Assembly (NCBI RefSeq): GCF_032062105.1
Contig: NW_026931372.1
Coordinates: forward strand, 310,001 to 374,000
Direction of reading: 5' to 3'
Origin: Saccostrea cucullata
Lineage: Eukaryota
Length of the DNA: 64,000 bases
The notes beneath the pieces are model-generated. The model did not search any database. It was not told where the DNA came from and saw only the letters and a program-made list of their open reading frames with translations. The translations under genes and the position numbers were made by a program. Shown piece by piece: positions 10,016-22,436 of the stretch (the first letter of the stretch is position 1; each line of letters begins with the position of its first letter).

Positions 10016-13000
10016 ATGGAGGCTGGAAATAAGAAAGAAGGTCTGCCAAAATTACGAGACATTTTACGGAGACAGCGAGATGATTCACTTTCAGAGGTAA
10101 TGTATATTTAATTTTAAAGAAGTGGGATGGCTTGTTATTTAAATCTTCCCTCGCGTTTTGGGAAAAAAATAGTAATTTATATGACGAATATGATCACTGA
10201 TGATATCTTGAAAAAGATACTTCAATCTCTGTTTTATCGTTCTGATATTATAATATACTCATTAGTTTTGTTTTGTTCATGTAGAGTATGACAGAATGCC
10301 CAGATATAGAATTTATTTATGACGATGCAGACACCTACAATGCAGAATTAGCAGGTATGTATTTACACCTTTAACACATGTTTAAGTTTCTACTGATAAT
10401 AAAATGCAGAAAAATGCAAGTTTTCCAAATAGATAAGATTTCCATATCTTTCCAAAATTGAAAACAAATTAAATGTATTGATGTATATGAATGCTGTTAA
10501 GTCGTACAGATGTTTTACATAGAATTTTATATTCTAACATGTTTAATTTATATATTTGACAATCTAATTAAATTTAGATGTTAGATCTGCTCCCATTCTC
10601 ACTACACTAACATTTAACACACATCCCATAGAGGGTCACATCAGAGGTCAAATTCAATCAAGCAATCAAATTGTTGCATGTAAAATCATCATATATTTGT
10701 TGAAGCAATACACATGATACATGTAAGTCTAGAGTTGTTTCAAATGACCCCTGAAGTAACCCTCTTTGGGATGTTATTAGACGTTATTGTAGTGAGTATG
10801 TGAGAGAATCTTACATCAGATTTTTCTTAGATTGCATATTTGAATATATTTTGTATTATTTACACCTCCACACAAGATCATATTATTATATTTTCTTCTT
10901 TGTGAATATTTTCAGAACTCTTCAGTTACACTGAGGACTCAGAATTTGAATCATCAAGAAAGAAGTTTGAAGAGGGGTTTATAAACACAGAATGTAAGAA
11001 AGGGCTTGTATCATGTGTCAGGCATTTATGAAATATTTCGAGAAGAAAATGTTATGGCACTGCCGCACAAGAGAAAATCACAATAACATCGTTTGACACA
11101 GAGATACTAAATTTACAGAAATATGTTTATTAGATCATACATGTTATTGTTTTGTTCTGAGATTAAGATCTGTAAGTTTTACACATATAAATCTGTGATG
11201 ATTCAATAGGTGACAATAAATGGACGAAGTCTGATGAGGCTATACAGAGGAAACACATTGTGTTCCTACAGAATGAACTAGAAGTCGCAGACAAGGAACG
11301 CAGAATTAATGCCATGTGGTCTCTGTTATATCTCGTACAAGGTAAGGTCTGGGATCCTTTTTGGTTTTATAATATTCTGTGTTCAATGCAAATATTAACA
11401 CTTATAATTATAATAAAAGTTTGAGGTGCATGTGTATGGGCGTGTGACGAATTTGTTGGTTGTTTTTCCTTACACTGCTTTTAAATTATTTTAGAAGTGT
11501 ATGGGGAGGGTATTAATTGTACTACATTACAGTAAAACTCATTTAGTACGAACACGGATATTGTGAATTTACGGATATAGCGAAGTGTTCTTGGATCCCC
11601 AGCTATGTAAATTTAATGAATTTCTTGTACGGTTATAACGAATTACGGATATAGCGAAGTAATTTCATAGGTCCATGTGACTTCGTAATAAGCGAGTTTT
11701 GCTGTATTACATTACATTGCTGTTTTGTAGGTGTGTATTACATTACACTGCTGTGTTGTATGTGGAGTGTATTTATTATTGTAGGTGTGTATGGGGAGTG
11801 TATCTCGGAGGAGGAACACAGAGACTGGACACACAGAAACGTCCACCTGTTGTACGAGCAAGGCCTGTTTGTCTCCTTCGTGGAGCTCCTCTCCATGGAG
11901 ATGGAGTAAGTTCTGTCTACAATTCAGACATAGTCTCATTCATATATTGTTTTCATGTTTTTGATTTTATGTTTTGTTCTGATAGTACAAGGAATGTGCT
12001 GTAAATCATATCTTAGCAGGAAATACAGTGTACCTGTATATTGTCCTGCCTCAATTTGTAATGGTTTGTGACATGTCATCAAATGATTGCTCATTGTATT
12101 TATCTGACATTTAGGAATACATCAGCAGCCTCTATAGCGATGAGAAAACTGGCTGTTTCTGTAGCAGATAGCAGTGACTTAAGGTACAGACAAAAGGCTG
12201 TATATCAGCAACCAGAAACAGTTAAATTACCAAGATAGAAATTTGTACATGTAACAAGTGTGTGCAAATGGATGACTTTACTCATAACAATAGTACAAAA
12301 TGTTAATGCTATGATAAAAAAGATCCCAAAATATTTTTAATGGCAAAATTGACAAAAAGAAATCATTAAAATGCCTAACCCTGTGTGTAGGTATTAACAT
12401 ACTACATTGTATTGACAGGTTGATCCTGAATGTCTTGTACATTATGGTGGAGGTGATGAGATGTCCACTGGATACAGAATCTGATGAACAAAGACACAAC
12501 AGAAGTATCTTCATAGAAGATCTAGGTATTTAACCCTGCTTGCAAGGAGTTCAGTACCATAAAATTGCATTATCAATCTTTAGTATATGGTCCAATATAT
12601 TTTTAATCTGTTTCCAGTGAAGCTCAAAGTCATGTTTTAATATGTATCATAATACAAGTATATAATCACCTGTTAACCGTGACCTGTTATTTTTTTACAG
12701 TGACTCCGCTAGTTGGGGAGGATATTCTACCTGTGATATTGTTCAGCATGATCACCAAGTTCTGTAGTGGTAGTGCCCCACACTTCCCCATGAAGAAAGT
12801 CCTGCTTTTGTTGTGGAAAGTAGTGCTTGTAAGTTACTGATTGTCCATGTTACAGAGAGTTTTGTATTTCTATATCACTGTCAAGAACATACCAAATGTG
12901 CCAAATAATCATTTAATTTTAATTGTTGAAGGAGAAACTTGCAACAAGCTAACTTTATAAAACTCTTTTGGGGGATGAATTTCACATTATTGCGTTGTTC

Positions 13001-16000
13001 TTTCAACCATCTCAATCCTGATAAATAGGTTTCCGTTGGAGGACTGAGAGAATTACAAAGTAAGAAAAATGAGGTTCGGGAGAAATACGGCCTCCCACCC
13101 CTCCCTGAGGATACATATGAAGTCTGTAAGAGTATGAGGGCCTCATCCCCTCCCACCTCAGCAGCGGACCTCATAGAACAACAGATGCCGCGGAGGGCTT
13201 TCAGGGGAGGCAAGCGGGTAAGCATAGGTGTTTTGGTTCTTTTTCATTCACACTATTTTAGCCAATTTTTAATACCTTTTTCTCGTCAAAAGTCCCCTTT
13301 TTTCTGTTAGAGCAGTTTTTTATTATTACACAAGTAGGCCAAGTTCTCTGCAGATTAACTTCCTTCACCTTATATCTACACCTGAATGTTTTTAATTCAT
13401 TATGTTAATACATGTATAACACTGTGAATGCAATTTGAGAAATCAAAACTGCTTTCTGAACAAAAGTGTGTGTGATATTGAGTTCACGGTGTAGATATAT
13501 TATTTCACATATGAATTTCTCTGAACTTTGTCTGCACTCAACATACACTTGACTTGGTGAAACCAAGCTCGGCTAGAAATTAAGAGATTATGAAACTGCT
13601 AATCCAAGTTTTTCTGTCTATTTTTTCTTGAAATGTGAATTTTCATTAAATGTGCTTTGTCTTACCAATTTTGTTTTTCTTGAAAGAGAGGTTAATTTGC
13701 AACTCAATAGCTATTGATAAGTAAAATTTGTTTTGATATATGCATGGAAAATGTGACATACTTGAAAATGGCATGATTGTTGTCAGAATTGACATGAAAG
13801 AAATCACTAGACCATTGTTCTGTATACTAACAAGCATGGGTGTCTTATGTTGTTTTTACAAAGGTTTGAACTGCATATATTTGAGTTGTCCTAAATATAT
13901 TAAGATCTTATGAGAACAAGAGCTTTATATGAATTATAGTGATCATTAAAACATGTACTTGGTGCATTGAGTTTTATTTCAAAATCAAGTGACTCTAATA
14001 TTTTCCATGTACAGATGTACAGATGTAGATGTACTAAATTACATGAGTCTTTTCATTTGAGTTTCTGTGCCTTTGAATAGATTTACTTGTACTAACAGTA
14101 AATTAATATACCATATAGTTTAGAATACAGAATCAATATCCAGTTGTTTATCTTTCTTCTCACAATGCTTAACTATGCCAGTTCTTCTTTTTAATTTCTT
14201 GTGTATAACATTTAACTGCTATTCCCTGAAATATATAAATAAGTACATACATGTATGAGTTAGTCAACTTTTTGTATACTTTTTGTGTTTAAAAAACTTT
14301 CGAAGAGTATTTTCATAAGTCATTGGTGTACCTGTTTAAACTGTGAAGAAGAGCCCATTGTATATGAATGGTATAATGCTTAATTATTCAACCAGAACAA
14401 ATACACTAAAAATGACAAAATTACATATGTATAAAGTTGTTTATTCAAGATGGACTCCTTTAGCTTTTTCAACTTGAAGGTAACATATATTATGGTACAA
14501 TAGCATTATAAACAGAGAAAACGCAGCTTAGAAAGGAACGAGCTCTTTATTCTCTCGGCAATGAACGCATGAAACCTTGGCCACATCATGTAACCCCATC
14601 CTCAGTTTAACACTCTGTTATGTAGTCATTGTAGTGGGGGTGCTTGAAAAATTATACAGGAAATGGAGGTATTGAATCAGAAGTATTTCTTAGAAGTAGG
14701 TTGCACTCTTTTGCATGGAAGAGAAAATCCCCTGTTTTGTATGATAATGCATGAATCTACATTGTAGCTGTGAAAGTGAAATATTATGCTGCATATAATA
14801 GAATGTAGATTTTGAAATATTTGATACATGATTAAAACATCAATATCTCTATAATAATTGACAATTTTTTTTTTTCAATTATCCTGATTTAGAATAATTT
14901 AAATTTTTGCTTCCATTTGAAATTTTGATTTGTTTAACAATGCTTGCGATGGAAATAAACAGTTATTTATGATATCAACATGTATATCTATGAAGTAGAC
15001 ACTGTATGCTCAGTAATTAATCAGCAGAATGTAGAGAGATTTTAGATAGTGCTTGGAGATTGTTTTAATTCAATTAACACCTAACACAAAACTTGTAGAA
15101 AATTTTGTCAAAATTAGATAGACAGTAATTTATATACGACTCCTTATCTGAAATAAAAGCAGTAAGCAATTGGGGTTTCTTTCTTTTTTTCAATTTTAAT
15201 TCAAGCACTGTTTGAAATGAATAGCACACTTAATGCTTTGAGGTGATTGGACTGTTTGTATAATACATGTGATGTACAATATATATATTCAGTATATACT
15301 AATAAGTGCATCCTGGCTAATGTATGCTTGCTTTCTAACTCTCTTTGTGCCTGCCTCTCTACTTATCTCTCTATCGGCCTTCGACTCGCCTTATACAAGA
15401 CTTTGGTTAAACAGAGTAGCCTTGACAACGACCCCTTCGAGAACTCCAATGGAGAGGACAATATATTTAACGACGTGGACGGGAATGCCAGACAGAGCAG
15501 TGACGACGAGATGCCCCCCACCCCACCCCGACCCGCGACCCCCACGGTGATGCAGCAGAAAATCTTACCATGGAAACCAAAAGTCAGGTAAAAATTATAT
15601 AACAATATAACAAGGAAAAATTCAATTTTTAAGCCAAGTTTACAGAATGAAATGATATTAATGTGTTTGTATATATTTTTCAAATGAAGAATCCAGCAAA
15701 ATTGAATTGGATTACTTTTTATAACCTGTACATGTACTTAAACAGGCAGAAAGATTTGGAGCAGTTTTTGGATGCCACAAGGATGAAGTTTGTTGGATTT
15801 CAAGTGAAAAATGATTTGGCCTCCCTAGCGGGACTTCCACACCCCATCCATGAAGGGGTCAAGGTCTTGAAAGAAGTAAGCAAGTCAACAAAACTTAAAT
15901 TTTTATCTTATTGATCAGAGCACAAGGTATTGCATGGAGTGTAATCACATGTTGTTCTAGATGCAGATATGTTCATGATATTTTCATAGTGCATGTTTGA

Positions 16001-19000
16001 TAAGATGCCCTCTGCTGATAAGAAAAAGAGAGTGCACTTAATTATTCAATCAAATTTTAATAATACTTTTAAGTCTTTTTAGGATTCATAAACATGCCAC
16101 TTTTTTGTTTCAGCACTTGTACATATCACTCACAGAAATCCAGATCAAAAGAGAAGAGGAAATTGCCAAAAATCCTTTTTCAAAGGTAAAAAAAGTAGAG
16201 AAAAAAAATATATGGATGCATTTAATTTTGATTAGGAAATACCTAACATGTAGGTACATGTACACATAAAGCACATACAGGCAAACTGTATTATTTTAAC
16301 CCTCCCATCCCCCATTGTAAGAAATCGGAGTGTTTCAGATATTGAGGTTAAAATCCATTAAGACTGTGAACTTTCATTCCATAAATTTTTTTTTCCACAG
16401 TAACTTTGGACTCGCAGTGCATTGCTTCGTAAATAATTGGTAAAGCTACTTTCTCGGGAGAATAAATAATGAATTTGCCTTGATTTAATGAATATATTGC
16501 AGACAAATAGTCAAGAAAATGGTTCTTTAGTAAAATCAGCAATTTTCAACATACCGGGGGTACATACCAGGACATACTACGTCAGAGTCTATGCACACCA
16601 AATGTCACCCATGCTTTGACAAGCCCTATCTAAATTAAAACTGCAACCGTCCCCCAGCATGTGAGCCATGATTTCAACAATTTAGAATCTACACTACCTC
16701 AGGATGCTGAAAAGTTTCTGCGCTTGCCCTAACAGTCACACGGTGACACCATCAACATATTATTTAAGAAAGACACTCCTGATACTAATAATAACTGTGC
16801 AATATTATATTTTTTTATACTTTCATGTTAAATACTAAAATCTGATTGGTTTAGAAGCAGTTAACAATCCGTTCTATTACCCTCAGCCTTAGCAACGCAT
16901 GTGACAATGGGTAACACAACGGTAATGCCACATGTGTGGATATTATGCGCGTACGGTTCACTGTAGAATTCTCAAAACGTCAGTTGCGCGTTTGAGAGAA
17001 CTGGAATAAACTTGACGTCAATAAAAGCTTGCGTCCGATGTAGCTTACTTGAAAACAACAAACGACAGACGAAACATGCTTGCGAGTGCAGAAATAATGA
17101 AACTTTATATGATAAAAGACTCTTAGAGTATCAGACAAACAATAAAAAAGTCAGTAAATCTTTTTAGAAGTAGCGAGGAGTTTGAAAGCTTTCTAAACGT
17201 TAACATAAAGATGATCGACGATTTTTTTTTTGCTGACTTAATTTAAGAAGACATTCAGTATAATAAAATAAATGGTGCCTGTTTTGGAGGGTAACAGTTG
17301 AAATTGCCACCCCTCGGAAAACCGTTGTCAACCTCCGCTGATGCGTCGGTTGACAATGGTTTTCCTTGGGGTGTCAATTTCAACTGTTACCCTCCAAAAC
17401 AGGCACCATTTATATAATGGGATTTTTCTTTGACAGCCTGAGACAGACGTACAGAACACCCCTGTTGAGGTCCTGTTTCAGGCCATCCTCCCCAATCTCC
17501 CCCAGTACATGATAGCCCTCCTCAAGATTCTACTGGCTGCCGCCCCAACCTCCAAAACCAAGACTGACTCCATCAACATCCTGTCTGATGTTCTCCCAGA
17601 GGTCATGCCGTATGTGTCGCATTGATATTATGGAGAAAATTTACTCTCTTTTTTAGGTCACTTGTTTAAGGTTGATGCTTTCTAAGTTTACAGATATGCA
17701 TTTTAGCAGCGTTTACAGTACATAACTGTCAAACTTTGTGGTATTGTTCTGAAATTTACATGTACAAACTGAGCGTTTAAGATTGGGGGGGGGGGGGGTA
17801 TTTTAATTTTATCTGTAATCTTACATTAAAAATGTTTTCAATTATGTCTGTCAGGTTAACAGTTCTACAGTCAATGAAGCTTGGTATTGATGTGAATCGA
17901 CACAAAGAGATCATTGTGAAGGCAATCTCAGGCCTTCTGTTGTTACTACTCAAACACTTCAAACTCAACCATGTCTATCAAGTGAGTATATAAAATCTCA
18001 GGTCTTCTGTTGTTACTACTCAAACACTTCAAACTCAACCATGTCTATCAAGTGAGTATATAAAATCTCAGGCCTCCTGTTGTTACTACTCAAACACTTC
18101 AAACTCAACCATGTCTATCAAGTGAGTATATAAAATCTCAGGTCTTCTGTTGTTACTGCTCAAACACTTCAAACTCAACAATGTCTATCAAGCAAGTTTT
18201 TCATTTTGTTGCAAGGGAGGTTAATCCAAGCAAAAGAATCAAGAATTTTTCTTTTTTCATACAAAGTGACTAAAAACCCAGGCTAACTTAGCAAGTCTAC
18301 TTCATTTAAAATTTCCATGTGCATTTTACTTTCAGTTTGAATTTATGAGCCAGCATCTTGTATTTGCCAACTGTATACCACTGGTGCTGAAATTTTTCAA
18401 TCAAAACATACTGTCCTATGTTACTGCCAAAAACAGGTAAGTTTTGAATATGAATAACAGAAATACATACATACTAAATCCAACAATCCTCTCCCTCCTC
18501 CATCTGATCTTTTATCAAATTTCATCATTTTGTATTACAGTATCCCATGCTTGGACTACCCAGGATCTGTGATTGGGGAACAACCAGAGCTTACAGCAGA
18601 AGCTTTGGTAAGTAAAATACCTGATAGATAGATTGTATGTACACTAGTCTGTTTTACATAATGGGACAGATCAAAGAAACATACTGGAAGCTGTTTCTTT
18701 TCATTCAGAATGTCGAGTTGATTGTTCAAAATCAGTATGTTTGAGAATCTTTTGATGGCACAGAGACAAGTACATGAGTACAGTGTTGATATCTACCTAG
18801 ATTAAATATTTATCCAACAATACCTAAAGATGTTGCTTCAGTTGTAAAAAAAAAAATAATTCTTTTGCTTCACATGTAAACATTGACCAAGATGTTGTAT
18901 TTCCTTTACAGGAGAGCGGTGACAACCAGGCCTTCTGTTGGAGAAATCTCTTCTCCTGTATCAACCTGTTAAGGATACTCAACAAACTCACCAAGTGGAA

Positions 19001-22000
19001 ACACTCTAGGACTATGGTAAAGCTTACTTAAACAAGAATACCTCACCCTGTGTCTATTGTCAATATCAAGGCCAACTATAGTAATTTACCATTTTGATAT
19101 TCCCTCATAATTCTTAATTTTGATAGTGATTATTTATAGTTGAAAGTATTAGAACAGATTTGGGAGGAGTAAAGTAATGAATTACTGGTATAATTGAGAT
19201 AATCTTCACATATGGAACACAAAAAAAAATTGTTTTCCTCCCAATAGTTTTGAATAATTTAATTATTATTCCATCTGAAATGTATTTGAAGCGGTGTCTT
19301 CCCACTTAGCCAACATTTTGAAAAAATACAGGTAAAACACAGGTAAATCTATGTTGGCTAAGTGGGAATGGGGTACAGGTGGAGAACAAAAGAAATTAAT
19401 TACAGGTAGACTATAGTCTGTTTTAAGATGAATAAAATATTTATGAATTTTAGTCTATATTATTTTGAGGCATGTTTGAAGAATAGTTACATCAGATAAT
19501 CAAAATTAAAAAGGTCTTTCTAATTATTTTATGTAAAGAAAGGGTTTTTTTTTTGTAAATTATGGATATCAAGAATTGAAAAAAAAATAACCAAATTATT
19601 TTTCGACTTTATATTTAGTAAAAAGAGTAAAATTAAGTCAATTAAATCTTAGAAACACAAGGTTTTACAAGTTGAAAATTGATGAGAATTGATATTTGAA
19701 TGTAAATAACATTTATCATGTACATATACACTTGATAAATGTTATTTACATTCACATGTTCATATACACTTAATATCTTTTCATATTTTAGCTTACTAGA
19801 TATGTCATACATGTATAAACATATAAATTTAGATATAATTCTTATAAAATAAAAATGTATAAAAATAGATAAATTTCATAAATTGTTTAAAATCTTTCCT
19901 AAAAATGAAAAACACATAATATGCTGCAACATGTCTTTTTTTACTGTATTATTATTAAAAGAAATATAATAATTTTTGTGCATTTTCGATAGTAAAGTAA
20001 AACTGTACAGATGAAACAAAATGACAGGAATTTTTTAAAAAAAGTTAAATTTTGAGGACCAAAATGGAACTCAATATATAATTAAATATATAATTAAATC
20101 TTAAAGAAGGGTTGTGTACATCAAGTATTAAATGAATACAGTAACATGTAAATTGATTTCTTCATCAGATAATAAATCACTTTGTATCGGCTTCTGTTAC
20201 TGTTGTTCATGCATTACCATGATCAAATATTATTACATACTCGGATAAATATTTCTAATCCCAAATGTTAATTATATTAGAGCATTCAAAATTCTTTAAC
20301 TTTTTTTTGTTTTATCATAAAATACTCTATTTCTTTTTTTTTAAATGCAGATATGTGTTTAGTTTAGTACATTTATATGAAAAAAATTTAAATATTTGAA
20401 ACTCTAATTTTATAATTATTTTGATTAAAATTTTAATTTTGATTTATGTATTTTTTTTGTACACTTTTCATTGGTAGTTTTTCTCAGGTAATCCATATAT
20501 ATGTCCACCCGAAAACACACTATAACCTGTTGGTCACTCAGGTGTAAAAATCAAAATGTTGGCTATGTGGGAATAAGTTTTTTCAAAATGTTGGCTAAGT
20601 GGGAATAAACCTTTGAAGCAAATAAAAATGAAAATTCTTTAATATATACCTAGATTAATTAAGTATAGTTTGAACATGGTTATATTCATGAAGGTCTTAT
20701 TTGTGGACATTTTAACCCACTCTTCAATATCTCCCTGTTTAGATGTTGGTGGTGTTTAAGTCGGCCCCGATCCTGAAGCGGTCTCTGAAGGTGAAGCAGG
20801 CGATGATGCAGCTGTACGTCCTGAAGTTACTGAAGATGCAGACAAAGTACCTCGGCCGTCAGTGGAGGAAGAGTAACATGAAGACAATGTCCGCCATCTA
20901 CCAGAAAGTACGACATCGACTCAATGACGACTGGGCTTACGGCAATGGTACAGAGTATTATTTCGGTTGTTTGTGATTTTATGTGTTGATTCTTTGTTAC
21001 TGTTGCATTAGGTTTTGTTAGAAGAATATTATTTAAATAATTTGACCAAAGAGATGGAAAAAAAATAATACTGTATTTCAGTTTTTTTCCGCGTCATGTT
21101 TTTTCCGTGAATCATAACCTTAATCAGTATATTTAATTTACACGAATCAAATTTTCACTATATCAAAATTCTAGTATTTTTTAAGCCTATTAAGGAATGG
21201 GATGTAAAATGTAAGTCATTAAGTTACTTCAAATGGACGAGAAATGAAGAGATTGACATTCACCTCGTTAATTTTAGAAGACCCTTTCAGCTGTTTACAC
21301 ACCTGTGTTTCATACCAACTCTCAAAACCCCCGATATTATTTTTAAAATTTAAACAATTTTTGATAATGTACTGCTCCAAACTGACTAGCAGCTTAGATA
21401 TAGGTTCTCGCGAGGACTGCTACTATCAGGGGTAAATGTAATATAATTAACTTGTCAATTAGTACACAAACAATAGGGCTTATACATGTAATCAAGAGCT
21501 TGTTCTCTGATCCCGCTATTTCTGCCCTTTACTTTTCAAGCATAGAAATAACTCTGTACAAGAAGAAAACTTTGTATTAAATTTACGCTGATTTATTTTC
21601 CACGGTTCAGAACTCATCGCGAACAAAGCGAAAATTGAATACACACAGAAAAAACCTGATATACGGTAATTTACGTGAGAGAGTGATATACAGTCAAACC
21701 ATGTTTTCTCATACTTCATGGGACCTATTAAAAACTTTGAGACAGCATTGGATATGAAATATCGGGGTAAAAAAATTAAAAAACAAATGGTTGGGACTTC
21801 CAAATCAGTATACTGAAATAGTAAAGTGCAACTGTATATGTACGACATGAATGTAAAGGAATGTTTGCACATAATATTTATTCCTTGTAGACATGGATGC
21901 TAGACCATGGGATTTCCAGGCGGAGGAATGTGCTCTACGAGCCTGTGTGGACAGATTCAATCAGAGACGGTATAACCCTCACAGCGCTGACCCTGACTTT

Positions 22001-22141
22001 AAACCTGTAGACAATTGTTTACTTAGTGTGCTAGGAGAAGAAGTGGACCTAACAGAGGAATTCAAACAGAACTACGAACGATGGCTAGAAATGGAGGTGT
22101 ATTCCAATTATATAGATTGGGATCAAATTATTAATTGTTGA
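10016..22141 (+). CDS. STRIP1: Striatin-interacting protein (STRIP1/2, FAM40; STRIPAK scaffold), 19 coding exons, 797 aa
   Basis: Phase-consistent GT-AG exons: 10016-10096, 10285-10354, 10916-10993, 11210-11341, 11785-11905, 12115-12183, 12419-12525, 12701-12828, 13029-13217, 15400-15587, 15746-15875, 16114-16185, 17437-17609, 17855-17981, 18336-18436, 18541-18607, 18912-19016, 20743-20947, 21891-22141 (2394 nt). Diagnostic motifs: [113 protein letters not shown]. Confidence 0.96.
11530..11704. mobile_element. Tc1/mariner(pogo)-type MITE in STRIP intron 4
   Basis: TA|CAGTAAAACTC...GAGTTTTGCTG|TA with internal repeats of gaattacggatatagcgaagt. A related copy lies at about 32345-32519. Confidence 0.75.
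16805..17415. mobile_element. Non-autonomous element with a large terminal hairpin (Crypton-like architecture), STRIP intron 12
   Basis: Subterminal inverted pair tattttttatac (~16809) / gtataataaaata (~17258), followed by a near-perfect 146-bp hairpin at 17268-17413. The family assignment is inferred from architecture. Confidence 0.5.
17924..18192 (+). repeat. 70-bp tandem repeat (~3.8 copies) spanning the 3' end of STRIP exon 14 and its donor site
   Basis: Unit aatctcaggccttctgttgttactactcaaacacttcaaactcaaccatgtctatcaagtgagtatataa; its internal tgttact(a/g)ct segment recurs at 17941, 18011, 18081 and 18151 (period 70). Confidence 0.95.
19293..20611. mobile_element. AT-rich non-autonomous TIR element, GG..CC termini, 8-bp TSD (Merlin/MULE-like), STRIP intron 17
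   Basis: TIR ggt(g/t)t(c/a)ttcccacttagccaacattttgaaa at both ends. TSD TTTGAAGC at 19285-19292 and 20612-20619. Extra subterminal copies of atgttggcta(a/t)gtgggaat at ~19351 and ~20556. Confidence 0.85.
21069..21668. mobile_element. Degraded TA-flanked MITE, STRIP intron 18
   Basis: tactgtatttcagtttttttccgcgt at the left pairs with acacagaaaaaacctgatatacggta at the right. Confidence 0.5.
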
Positions 22142-22436
22142 TCATGATTGGACGGTTTTTATACTGAATACAGAACTTATTTATTGAATGTTTATAGGAT
22201 GGAATAAATTATGTTGTTATATGACACAGTGTTCATTTATTTATTTGAAATTTAATATTCTTGATATTTATTGGTGAAGTACTACATGGTACTAGCATTT
22301 AAAAAAAATAACCATGGTTTGCATACATCATTAAAGGTGAACATACAAAGGATGATAATAATAAGTGTTATGATTAATGAAAGCACATGACTATAAACTT
22401 TCTATCAGGTGTTCACATGAACGTTACAGTTTGTTT

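Noticed and set aside
14527-14589. Possible 63-nt in-frame cassette exon in STRIP intron 9 ([21 protein letters not shown])
   Set aside because: Purine-rich acceptor context and a weak donor; cannot be supported from sequence alone.
17924-18192. Regular repeats resembling a CRISPR array (likewise 36006-36205 and 42911-44100)
   Set aside because: Head-to-tail tandem units with no unique spacers, a eukaryotic context and no cas genes.
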